A DNA stretch of 63,300 nt, the filler included, from Choristocarpus tenellus KU-1152 (lineage: Eukaryota; Protista; Phaeophyceae): the NCBI GenBank assembly GCA_964200185.2. It is 13 parts of 13 records of this genome, joined end to end, with 100 filler letters (N's around TTAATTAATTAA, not from the genome) between each part and the next. Parts side by side here need not be neighbours in the genome. Positions count along the whole stretch, not along the records: positions 44,920 to 52,449 come from CAXNAD020006010.1; positions 52,550 to 60,660 come from CAXNAD020005128.1; positions 60,761 to 63,300 come from CAXNAD020026934.1; 10 more parts are not named here. The stretch is one strand, 5' to 3'. This document shows positions 49,938 through 62,062 of this stretch, piece by piece (within the stretch, counting starts at the first letter, position 1; each line of letters opens with the position of its first letter). Below the pieces are notes generated by a model. The model searched no databases. It saw only the letters and a list, made by a program, of their open reading frames with translations, and was not told the DNA's origin. The position numbers were made by a program, and so were the translations under genes.

Positions 49938-52900
49938 TTTCACAAAGAAATCTCTTGAACCAGCAGGGCTGCCCATCAACCACTGAGGTCAGTTTTGGGT
50001 GTTCGAGAAAACCCCAAATTACCGTTCCCCTCAGATTTGTGTGAAGGTTTAACACGCTACATCCCTTGCAATAGATACTCCCTTTGTATTTGCTAGGATA
50101 TGACATCCTTCTTATGTTTCTTCCTTCCATCTGGCCTAGCCCACTTTTTCCCACCCTACCTCATTGACATGAGGCCTTGTTGTAAAGTACACTCTATGCA
50201 ACAACACTTAACTCTTTTTGCTCCTGACGTGGGACAAATAAAACTCTCTTCTAGGATTTACCTACTTCGAGGTGGTGGAAGCTCCTATTTAAATGAGTGA
50301 GAGTGATCCGCAATAGACCAGTTCATTGTGAAAACAGAGTGGTAACCTGTGTGGGCAGAGTTGAGGACTTGCTACTTCCCACCCTCCTTTTGTCTGCAGG
50401 ATTGACAGGTGGACCATCCAGGGAGATCGTCAAATGTTGATAAATGTGGGCAATACATAATGTGATGCAAAACTTGTATCTTTAGTGATTGAAATGTTGA
50501 ACGGGTAGGTGATCTTACACAAGATGTAACATGAAGACTGATAGGAAAACCTGTTTGTCACGTTGAGGCAAGGACGCATTTGCACCACAGCCTCCCCTGC
50601 CCAATCAACTCACCATCTATCCTCGTATCACCAACCTTCTCAATATTATTAATGGTGTTAACATTACCCTCTGCTCTGTCTCAAACATTGTCTTCGTAAT
50701 GAAGGCTGCAACTGTACAACCCATTGTCTACTGCTGAGCAAAAGGGTACCATGTCCTGGGCTCTTATTTCCACCTGCTTGTGTTGGTGTTGGTATGGCTT
50801 AGGACGGTTTTTTAATCTCTTTGTTGCACATTTTTAGATGGGACTATGAGATAGCTCATCATGGTGGGGGCACTGGGGGGGAACCTGCTGGGCTGTCTTC
50901 AAAACCAAGAGTTGGTGACAGTGATCAGGAACCCCACCCCTTCCCAATCCTGAATCAGGTAAAGATGATGGAATGTTCTGAGAATATATTTGTTGAATTA
51001 ATGAAGATTAAAAAAAAGAAACCCTGTGTTTTTCAATGTCACAACGCTCATGTGAAATGCAATTTGTCTTATATTAATCGCTGCAACCCTGACATGTAGT
51101 GTACTCTGATGGTATGTATTGTTGTCGATTCTTGTGCATGTATTTCTACTGAGTGCAGGGTATGCCGTGGCCTGAGGGCGACGGTATGCTTACACACGTC
51201 CCTCCCCAGTCGAATATGCTCTAGTTCATCACATTTCTGCTGTAGAGTATGTCTCAGCGGTCACACCTTCTGAGCCTTTCCACCTTCAAATGTAACTATT
51301 GATTTATGATTCAATCTATTGATGTGATTACCAAGTTGAATAATAGATGAGATTGAAGGGATGCTACAGGGAAAGTTGCAGGTTGAAGGAATCCTATTTG
51401 ACCTTGCAAGAAGGCTATTCTATTGGTCTACATATTGCCTTTGGCAACATGTCCCTTCCACCTTGTTACTTCTATGTCGGTTTGGTTCTTCTTGGGGTGG
51501 TTTGTGTGCATGTCCTGTCACCCCCCCAAGAAGGTTAGAAGGTTGGTGTGGGCGTGTCTAGGTTTATCTACACTGCTATGGGGGCATGATTATCCCATGT
51601 CATATCTACCTGAAGTGATGATGAGTTCAGCAAGGTGCTCCATAATATAGGTGGTGAGGGTTGTGAAGATTTGAATTGTTGGGTAGATGTGGTCAAGGAG
51701 GGTGGGGGCAAGGGGGACAAAGAGTTCTGGACAGCATCTTATGTAGAATCTCTGAAATTCTGGCCAATTCAGCATTTTCAAGGGGAAAAGGGCTCTCGTA
51801 GTCAGGTTATAATATAGGTTGGGGTTAGGTGGGACAGTATGGCAGTATAAGAAACAAACTTAGAGTTCAAATCTCAAAGCAAATTTTTGTCTAAGCCAAA
51901 AATCTTTGCCTTATGCTACCAGCTGCTAATCACAGATCTTGTGCTTGTTGAGAAGCTCTCTTTTTTCGTTACAGTAACAGTTGACCAGATCACAGTCTAT
52001 CCCCACCCCCCATATTTTAAGTGCTGCTTGTAGAAAGAGGTGTGGTTTCCATCTTTTGTTGACGGCATCCCTAAAGGTACCTGTGACAGGACTCCAGACA
52101 GTGCATGATCATAGCAACCGTACAGTAGAAGATGGAACTAACGAGAGAGGAGCCAACTGGTCTCTAAGTATGTTCCTCTTATGAAGATGGCTTGGTGAAT
52201 ATGAATGATACTGTATACCTATATGAAGGAAAATATACGACATAGACGTCATCGACTCCTTACTAGGTGGTGAGACAACGCTGGGGGACTGTAAATACCT
52301 GAAATATAGTCCAAACTCAGATTCCTGCTCCTAGCACAATTGCTCCGGGAAAATAGATACATGCAGATCGGCATATCTGACTGGGTGGGGGGGGGGGGGG
52401 CAGATCGCAACAAACGATATCTCGGGCATGACTGAGATTTCGGCAAAAANNNNNNNNNNNNNNNNNNNNNNNNNNNNNNNNNNNNNNNNNNNNTTAATTA
52501 ATTAANNNNNNNNNNNNNNNNNNNNNNNNNNNNNNNNNNNNNNNNNNNNACTCTACAGACACCAAGCAATCTCGCCGGGTTTATCACCTTTATCCTCTTT
52601 GATGATTTTGGGGATACTTTAACATTGTCCACACGCTCCCATTAGAACAACGTGGGCGACAATAATCCCCGAGTTCATGTGAAGGTTCGAAAACTGGCCA
52701 CCACCCAGCCTCGAAAGGATTTCGATCGACCCTTAAGCCGTGTTGCTACACTCAAGAACAAAGACATGATGATGGTAAACTCCAGCAAAATCGAGCGAGC
52801 ACCGTCGAGTGTAAAACCAAACCACCAACGCACGCATCTTGCTCTCTTCATCCTCTGGCGCCGAGAGTTCGGCAGAGTATGATCTCGGGTGAAAAAGTGA

Positions 52901-54004
52901 TAAGTGAGTCAATGTGAACGAAGAGTCATAGACGACTGGGGACTCACAAAGGATGTGACGCTCCCAGTCTTGGAGTGATGTGAGGGTGTATGCTGGTCAT
53001 CTATTCTTGTAGTAGAGGGTGCAGGAGTGAAGGTAACTCTGTCCGTGTGAATTGAAGGTTGAGGTTGATTGCTGATGGTGGGGAGATGTGTGGGTAGGTG
53101 CGTTCGTCTAAGAAGGTCCGTGGTGTGTAATGTGGTGTGATATGGTGCGGAGTAGGGACGAGGGGTGAAAAAAGCATGAAGATATGCTGTGGTTAAGATT
53201 AGTCCAACGAAGACAATTTCATCTTTGTCTGACGTCACACACGATGTAGTTAGTTTTTGAAAACTGGGAGATCCACCTCTTGGACTACAACGATACTGAG
53301 TCTGTGTTTTTTGTTGTGTTGGGGCAAAATTTGATCATAAGATGTGGGTAGGAAGTATAATAATAACGAGTGATGCTTTTTGGAATGGCAAGTACTATTC
53401 TCCGTAAAAAGCATAGAATAATTATTCCCCCCCATTCATATTATTTATATTCGCTCATAAATTTTACAGGTATGTCATGGAAAAACCCAAACCTATATCA
53501 GAATGGTTCCTGGAAAAAAATCCCCTACATCATACATAATATATATTATTTTTTTAAGTATGCCTTCTGATATTTTCCAGATGTGTCAAGGAAAACCCGA
53601 TGAGAAGTCAATTCAATATCGTAAGAACCCCCATCATATACAACCAACCATAGTCCAAAATGTATACTATTATGCTCTGTATAATGGGGTCTGGTTCTGT
53701 GTGATGGGGGTGATGACAACCACCAGAGATGAGGTTCAGAAAGAAAGTGAAAGATGATACTGAGGCATGTTGTAGATCAATCTTCAATGTGATTGGGTTA
53801 TGTCCAGCCAGAGAAGAAAATTACACAATCTCGGCTTTGCTGGTGTGAATCCACCGTTCGTGTCAGGGTTACCGCATGCCAGTCGTGCATCTGACCTACA
53901 ACACATGACTTGGCCTGGTCTCAATCGCAAAATGTGACGCGCGCAAATGTATATGATCGCGACTATTATCCTCATCAATGTCGGAGAGATCCCAAGAAAG
54001 ACGA

Positions 54005-54800
54005 CCTATAATATCTCTTACATTTTGGAGATATGTCAGGGAAAAGCCAACGCAATATCATAAGAACCCCTGTTAAAAGTAATAGTTGGAAATGAAAATT
54101 GAAGAGACATCTCAATAATCAATTTATTATTTGACTAACAACTATGCTACGCCACTCCCCTGCTATGCCGCTAACTTAGCTTTGCCCTACGCCACAGGGC
54201 TAGGAGGTAGGGAAGCATCCCAAGAATCTGGCAGCCGCCCCTCCTTGCCCATCTACCTGTTGTCTCCAGGTTAAAACACATGACACATCTAGACAGAGCC
54301 ACTTGTGTTGTGACAGACGCTATCTGTCGTAAACGGGACAGCTCCTCTCCTGGTGTAGCCTCCCGTCCCTCTCCTCCCTACCCCTTTGCATAGCCAACTC
54401 ATGGAAAAAAATATATGCTTGCTTACCAAGGCGCCCAAAACATTCCACACTGCGAAGGTGTTGAGGTTCCCCTCCCTCATCAAAATTTCCAAGTCTGAGG
54501 ATTGGAGGAGATTTCCGGATTATTTTATCATAGGATCCAAACAAACTCTCATAATGCTTCAACTATACTCACTAATATACAATAACAAAACTACACACAA
54601 GTAATAATACCAAAGACCATGTATATTTCATCATTATTATATCCATGTATATTGTAACAAACGTGATATATCACAGACATACGAACAATATGACATACGA
54701 CAACTGTTAGGTTTTTAGGGGTTATTCTGACCTGTGAATAGTTTTCATTGATTTTTCCCCTGACACATCTGTAAAATGTCAGAGGACATAATAATAGTAT
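54005..54800. mobile_element. Family D ~800-bp element with ~80-bp imperfect terminal inverted repeats
   Basis: 54005-54070 and 54720-54800 are inverted. Extra terminal copies occur at ~53450 and ~53555, and the internal segment is shared with 12260-12580. Confidence 0.5.
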
Positions 54801-56535
54801 ATGACCTATTTTCTACTTCATGACAAACCTTAACACGGTTAAGTAGGGTTAGAAGCATGCTATTAATAGTGGATTGGTGGAAAACAACCTTCAACATATC
54901 ATACTGTATTGACTTCAAAAGTGCTACACATTTTAGAGATGCTTTTTCTCATTAACAACCGACTGTTGTATTTACACCCATGTAAAGGAATTTTGACTTT
55001 CCTTGATACAATGGTAGAGGTCAACAGGGCAAAATAATACAAAAACACATTGTGCTTCAACTTCCAAAGGTTCTACGATATGCAATGGTGGGCATTGAAT
55101 TATACTACAACTGGATTTAGGATAATATCTTCTTTCCATTTGCGTTCAATCCTTACAATATAGTAGGAAGTTTATAATGGGGACTGTGGACGACTAGGTT
55201 TATAGAGGCACCCAAACTCATATTAAATATTTAAACCCCCTAACCTTATACCTAATCTAACTCTAACTAAAAAACATAGAAATAGAACATACAAAATAAA
55301 CTTCGTACTACTTAATACGATTGGGGTGCCCCTATAAACCTGGGCACCTGCGTGCCCAATTAAACCTCTTGCTTTGTGTTTTGACTTTTGTGCGTTATTC
55401 TTTGTGGGTAATATAGTTTGCCGGACCTCTCAACGGCACTTCACCTGAATGAGTTGTCTTGTCAACCGCCCCACCATACAGATCGGCAATCCACTATGTG
55501 AACGAGGCATTTGAGGTGTGCACTAACAATATTGAAATTTGCAATCAGCTTTCTCATGGCCTGGACCCGACAGGTCTGATAAACTGGCTAGGTTGTCACC
55601 TTCCATCAACGTTAAAATGCTTTGACGTGTAAGACAAGTTGTGGGTCTGCCATGGCAAGAGTGAATGTGGGAAATGTGTGTATCAATGTGGAAGAAAAGT
55701 AAGTATCGCTTCTAATTCTCTTGATGAGCGTCCTGCACTGTTCATTTTACGACACATATAGGGATGGGCACAGGTGATGTGGTGATCTGCAAGGAGAGAT
55801 CGATCAAGATCAACTGGCAAGGATAACCAGGTGGGAACATGGTGGGTGCACACAATTTGAGACAAGTGTACGTAAGTATGCCTCGTACAGGCATACTGTC
55901 ATGGAGAGCGGTCATGGCAGTATTGAGGTGACTGTGCGGAAACGGTAGATTCTGTTGGTGGGATCAGGATCATGCATGGGGAACGAGAGGGTACCCCCGG
56001 CATACGTGTTTGCTTGTGAACTTTAGTTGGAAAACTGGTCCAGGTTGATGCATGAAGCCATGCACCTGCTCAGTACCGCTTGCCAATCAATTTGTGGTTG
56101 ACTGTTCTTGTGTTTCGAACTCCGGATTATTTGTTTACGACATGTGGAGGGTAGCTCTATTTTTGACAGATGGGATACCCAAGTGATTTGTTCTGTAGGA
56201 TAATATTATAATGTTTCCTTTGTTGGGCAAGTACTGAGAGGGGTGTTTGTCTCGAACCCAATTTGCCCCTGTTCAAGTTTTTTTGTGTGTTTCTTTTTCT
56301 TTTCTACTCTACCCTCTTGTTTTCATAAATAGCTTGTGCAATATAGGCTGGTAGTCTCTATGGTTTATAGGTGTTTAGTGACCATTCCTAGACAACAGAA
56401 ATGTTGACTAAGTGGAATATGTGCCATTGATTTAATTTAGGGTGCCTCGGGTAATAGGTTCGAATCTCAGATGATGGTTGATTTCTCATTACTTGACATA
56501 TATGGAATGAGGGAGGATTACTGACGTAGTACTAG

Positions 56536-58244
56536 TGATACAGGATAAATGACATTGTACGACCAACGGCAGGACACATTTTTGATATGTCTGCTGACGT
56601 GTGCAATAAGATAATAAGAGAGAGCACCCCCACCACCGAGGGCTGTGCTCACTCCGCTAATAAATACATCCGTACAGCATAATGAAAAGACTCCATTGGA
56701 ATAGCTCTCTTTTGCACAGGTTATGAGCGTCACACGATTCCCCTTCGCAAAGGAATAGGGTATAAGCCTCATTGGTATGTAAGCGGACTCCCGTATGCTG
56801 CCACTATGGAGTGGAGCGCGGGGGTATACACGGGAGAAGTGGGCGGAATGGCGGATGGCGCTGGTAAACAATGCTGGTGGCAAGAGACTGAACTGCATCC
56901 TACAATCAGCATACCGCATTCCTGCACCTCCCACAGCTGATACATCGTTTGAGGGACACAGCCCCGACGGGAGGGCAGCCTGACTCGAGTTGGAGAAAAA
57001 TTATGGAGGGCACGCTATGGGTCAGCGGCCCATGCAGCTCATAGTTCCAGAGATAAAATTTTGCGACATATGTACTGCTTGTCAGTGGAAGACGCTGCAG
57101 ACTTCGTAATTCCCTCAATCATATCTGGATAAAGAGTACGAGCAGCTGGAGGCAGCCAAGATCATGCCAAGAAAGGAGCTCTGATCATAGGCATCAGGGA
57201 CAGCATGCCGCAGGTATTTGCGCAGATGTGTCCGTGTGGAGGACGAGATCCCAATGCAGCTCGACAAAGGATGCAAGGAGGACGAGATCCCCGTGCAGCT
57301 CACCGGAAGACACACGGAGGACGAGATCCCCATGCAGCTCATCACAAGACCCAATATAAGCTACAGGAAGCTACAACGGGCAATAGTATCATCATCGTCA
57401 TCCCAACAAAGTGGGCCTGCACCAACGACACTAATGGGAAGCTGGAGGCTAAGGAGACATGGGATATGGTACAATCAATAACGAGCAAGAACTGGAGGTC
57501 TAGACGGAGGAGCAGTCGTCACTACACTTGTCCCTAAAGGGGGGCATGCCCATCGATTGGAGACCCTAAGATTCTTGCAGAATGATAAAAGCAATTGCTG
57601 TACCTGCCACTAAGGGAGCAGGACATTAACAGGAGCAGTAACTAAGCCTCACCAGAAAGGAAAGGGGGAGTTAACTTCGGGGAGCCTGGGAGCACTCTAG
57701 CCACTGGGACCATACACTCGTGGAAGAGAAAACAGAAGGTAAGCAGAGGAGGCGGACAACGTACAACTGGTCAACTTACCGACCATATCACAACAGGATC
57801 CCCTACCAGAGACGAAATCAGGACCAACAGAAGGAGTTTAAACTGTACACTGATCAAGCATATTGGTCCTTGGTTCTTTCAAAGGAATATTTTACAACTG
57901 TGGAGGTAAAGGACACCTTCAGATCGTTTGTCGCCAAAGGAGAGCGGCACCGTCTAAACAGGCGGAGGAAGTAGCTGGACCAGGGTTGGAGCCAGAAAAG
58001 AAAAACAGAGGAGGCTTGTCAGCAAAGGACTGCCTGCACAAGACTTGCTGCTTGTGCTGAGAAGCCTGCAGGGTAGACCAGGTACCCAGAGCATATCCTG
58101 GAGCAACAATGGATGAAAGGAACATTCATAGAGGGAGAGGTTTTGACATGGGGAAGAAATCCTGTCAAGACTCTTAATTTAAGACAAAGCCAACAGCTGA
58201 GGGGACCACTGAACAGTTCAAGGTCAGGTTGGGTTCACAGGACT
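56536..58244 (+). mobile_element. Copia-like LTR retrotransposon relic (5' LTR end, PBS, decayed gag)
   Basis: ...CACA|GGTTATGAGC (56719-56728) is a half-tRNA-iMet-type PBS. The degenerate zinc knuckle FYNCGGKGHLQIVC lies at ~57890-57931. The LTR start is uncertain. Confidence 0.6.
57238..57354 (+). repeat. 39-bp tandem repeat x3 (13-aa unit EDEIP(M/V)QL...)
   Basis: 25-bp conserved core GGAGGACGAGATCCCMRTGCAGCTC plus a 14-bp variable part. Confidence 0.85.
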
Positions 58245-58501
58245 GAGTCAAAGTATCTTAGAGGGTAGAGCGGCGTCCATTTGGGGGCAAAATCCAATGT
58301 TTCGAATTTGATGTAATTTGGCTATCGTGTTTGTTAGGAAGTGTCAATATCCATGTTCTAGACACACCTTTTCATACTGTATACATTTCACTTACTCCGA
58401 AACATTTTGGAGTAGGTAAATGTCATAAAATAACCCATGAGAAGCCAAGTCCTAAATGTACAAACAGGGAAAAACTCGTACCCTCTAAGATAATTTCACT
58501 C
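58245..58501 (+). mobile_element. MITE family A, full length, non-matching flanks (GACT/CCCT)
   Basis: Both TIRs present. Confidence 0.9.
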
Positions 58502-60660
58502 CCCTGCCACTGGGCACCTGTTCGATAGGGCCTCCTCTCTCCCTAGGGATCTGCTGGCTGTGAGCTTGAATTCCTGAGGGGGGATCTGGCATGCTGGTCC
58601 CAGCGGTTGCGTCGAGGCCCAGGTGTTTGCTCCTTGTCCACACTGGCTCCGGTGGCACGCTAGGGCTAATGAAGAGCTTTCCCTCCCTTGGTGTGCCTCA
58701 TTTAGAAGGTCAGTTAGTTGTGTCCTGAAGGAGTCGAAACGGATCCTGTTGAGGAGGTGTGTGATCTCGTGCTGAGCCCTCCTTGTGATCCTGGCTTATG
58801 GGCTGCCAGGATGTGGACCTCTGGGGCAGGTGCAGGTGGTGCTGTTCCCCCCCAGGTAACCCAGCCTTGACCAATAATTTCAGCCAGATCTTCTGAGGGG
58901 ACACCTGTAGAAAGAAGAGTGTGTATGAACGATCCTAAGGCCTGTATTGTACGGTTTGTGCATACAACCTGTGAGAAGGACTCGCCATGAGACCCTTGCT
59001 GCCTTGCTAGGAGGGTGGGGAGAGTAGCCACCAGTGATCCTACGAAAGCTGCATGTTGGCGGTGTTTCATGGAGGAGAGGCCTAGATCCCCCGCACTTGT
59101 AGGCATCTGTGCCTGTACTTGGTGGTGGTCTCTAGGTGGAGAGACCTGTTCTTGCACCCTCCCTCAAAGAAATCTTTCACCTCTGTCGCATCAGCTACCT
59201 CCATTATCCTCTCTAGTGTCCACAGGGAGGTGTTGTCTGCTTGCTCCATGGTGGAGCGTGCCAGGAGGGGGGGAGTGACCCTCACAAGATAGCCTAACCG
59301 GGAGGAGAGGGACCAGGAGTTGAGGAGCCAGGCCACCTGCTTGTCCTCCATCTCGCTTAGGTGTGTGGCTAAAGTTCGTGTCCCAGAGCTCTCTATCACC
59401 TCCGCCATGTGAGCTCGAATGAAATCATCTGTTCCTACTGGAGCCCCTAGAGTGACAAAACCACTGGAGTTCGGGGCTATGTTGATTCCTGTTGTGGAAA
59501 GGAACTCTAGTTCCGAGGGCGTGGGTTGGTGGCCCTGGGGAGGTGCGGAAAATGTCTTGTCCATACTTAGATTGATGCCTACCTCCTGGAGATTATTTTT
59601 TATCTGCTCGAAAGCAGCTATGGTAATAGGGTTGATCCCCCTCGCCGAAATGGACGTGTCATCCAGATAGCTCCGGGAGGAAATCCCTTGGGGTCCGAAG
59701 ACTGATTGCCCCTGTTGCAAGGCCTTGTGTGTTGCCATGCAATATAAGAGGGGGCCTAGTGGGTCTCCCTGTTGGACCCCAGATCTTGATGGTCGAATCT
59801 TCGTCCCTCCCTCATCTAGGGGGAAAAGAAGATTCCTTGTATTCCCATATACCTTGGAAACATAAAGTAGGAGGCCTGGTAGGGTCTCTGGGAGGGTCTG
59901 GATGAAGACTGAGCGGCGTACGCTGTTGAAAGCATTCCTTCCGTCCAGACTGATGACCCATTCTCCGCACTCATTCCTCAGGCGGATATCCAGGAGTGCA
60001 CGTTCAATGCCATTTGGGACCCCGACACCGAACTGTCCTACTCCCCAAAAAAATTCCTCAAGGTAGGGGCGCCAGTCTGTGCAGGAAGCTGAAACACATT
60101 CCCTCCTAAAAAAAGACCCACAGGCAACTTGGAACCAAAGTATCTTAGAGGGTAGAGTCGCGTCCATTTGGGGGTAAAAATCCAATGTTGCAACTTGATG
60201 TAATTTTAAGTATCGTATTTGTTAGGAAGTGTCAATATCTACGTTCCAGACACACCTTTTCACAACGCATACATTTTACCTACTCAGAAAACATTTCGAA
60301 ATAGGAAAATGTCATTAAAAAATACATGGGAAGCCAAGTCCCAAATGGACAAACAGGGCAAATCTCGTACCCTCTAAGATACTTTCACTCTGGGCGACAC
60401 TTTTCCCCGATAGAGGACAGTCTGGAGTTGGTGTGGAGCGTCCAGAACTCTACAGGTAGGGTGTCTGGGGAGGTGTAGGCTAGCTCCCATAGCTTTACAA
60501 ACGCCTCTACCACTTCCTCGTGACCAACATTTGTCGTGATGGCTGATCTGATGTGGCTTGGGCGCATCCCCTCAGGGCCTGGTGCCGAGTTGCTGTTAGC
60601 CTTCATGAAGGCTGTTAGCCTTCATGAAGGCTTTTCGAAGGGAGGTGGGGGTGTACTCCT
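58502..60660 (-). mobile_element. CRE-clade non-LTR retrotransposon (reverse transcriptase), interrupted by MITE-A
   Basis: SAPGPEG, CRP|VACG, QFGVGVPNG, LDGRNAFNSV, GVQQGDPLGPLLY, SYLDD, LGAPVG, and a post-RT segment HRSQCGQGANTW...EFKL...RCP. Confidence 0.85.
60132..60390 (+). mobile_element. MITE family A inserted in the RT coding sequence
   Basis: Splits the CRP/VACG motif. The TSD is degenerate (CTTG/CTGG). Confidence 0.9.
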
Positions 60661-61931
60661 NNNNNNNNNNNNNNNNNNNNNNNNNNNNNNNNNNNNNNNN
60701 NNNNTTAATTAATTAANNNNNNNNNNNNNNNNNNNNNNNNNNNNNNNNNNNNNNNNNNNNCCTCCTAATGCCCCTTGTTGTACAGCAAGTTGTTCCCCAG
60801 CCCTTGCCCAGAACCACGCCGTCCGCCCGCCCCCCCCCCCCCCCCTGTCCCCTCCCCCCCCCTCCCCACCCCCCCCCGCCCACCCCACCCCCCCCCCCCC
60901 TCCCCTTCACCTTACCCTCCTCCCATGAACCCCTAGCAGCCCTGCTATCATCAGGCCGTCTGCTAGCAAACGACACTCGCCCATCGTTCCTCAACTTGAG
61001 ACCCTCCTTGGTGCCCTTCTCCCTTACTGAATAAAGAGCCTTACACTCATTAGTCCCTTGAGACTGCCCTGTCGAGCACACTACCTGCCCCATTTCAGAC
61101 CCCCTCCTATATGCTCTGGGCTTTAAATCGTCAGAAGTGCCCCTACTGCAGCCGCCCACTTGCTGAGGTCCCTTCACGACAAGATTGGAGTTAATTGAAG
61201 CTATTTGCCTGTTTGTGGCATTGGCAGCAAGGGACTTCACTGTGGCTATTCTCATTCCCTGACCTTCTCCACCCCCTATACCTTTTCTTATCCCTCCTTG
61301 TCCTGTCTCCTGAAACAAGGAAAGTCAACCAAGAGGAAGGCCAATGGGTGTGTGCATTGGTCATTACGGTGCAGGAGGGGAGGGGGGGAGAATTGAAATG
61401 CATATATACGATGCAGGGGTACACCAACCCTGGTCCAATATCAGGGCACAGGAAGGACAAGAGTGGATAATTGTTCTCAAAGTACACATTTGTATTCCTA
61501 CTAAACACCATCCTGACTACTACCAAAACCTCTACAGCTACATACTTCGGTATCTCAAATTCTTGTACAGCCTGTTTAGACAAGTAAGGCGAACGTAGCT
61601 ACACCAACATGATCTTGTATCATCGGTGAGATTCAAATTCAGTTGCACTATCACTTACAGCCTTATTTCACTATTAAGTACAGGAGGGATAGCACTATTC
61701 CAAAATTGATCTAACCATACCTGTAGAGATTAGTTAAGTCCTACCTGTCACATCCATAACCATAATGCCTCCTACCTTTCCTTGACTTCCATTCACTCCA
61801 GATTCCCGGTCCCTAGTAGTTACTCCCGAGGTCACCCTTCCACCATCACTCATCTTTCGCTGTTGAAATTCCTCCAGACGAGTTTTCATTACCTGAAAAA
61901 AACAAACATATACGGAATATTACGGGACCAT

Positions 61932-62062
61932 AAAGGTCATAGTCATCAAACGTTATCAAAGGTCATAGTTATCAAAGGTCATAGTCATCAAACGTTATCA
62001 AAGGTCATAATTATCAAAGGTCATAGTTATCAAACGTCATTGTTATCAAACATCATAGTTAT
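61932..62062. repeat. Degenerate tandem repeat (tcaaaggtcatagtYa / tcaaacgtta)
   Basis: Visible 15-24-bp units. Confidence 0.8.

Noticed and set aside
50100-51850. Possible decayed LINE on the minus strand
   Set aside because: No diagnostic RT or endonuclease motif could be read with confidence.
56440-56470. tRNA-like GGTTCGAATC
   Set aside because: No cloverleaf stems around it.
57238-57354. CRISPR array
   Set aside because: Only 3 units, the 14-bp spacers are too short and resemble each other, the period is in frame, there are no cas genes, and the context is a eukaryotic retroelement.
60128-60185. N-terminus (MDFYPQMDATLPSKILWF) of the 367-aa RT ORF
   Set aside because: Derived from the inserted MITE-A. 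The real frame continues at 60391-60660.
60713-61318. 201-aa Gly-rich ORF
   Set aside because: Driven by poly-C low-complexity sequence at a contig edge, with no recognisable domain.
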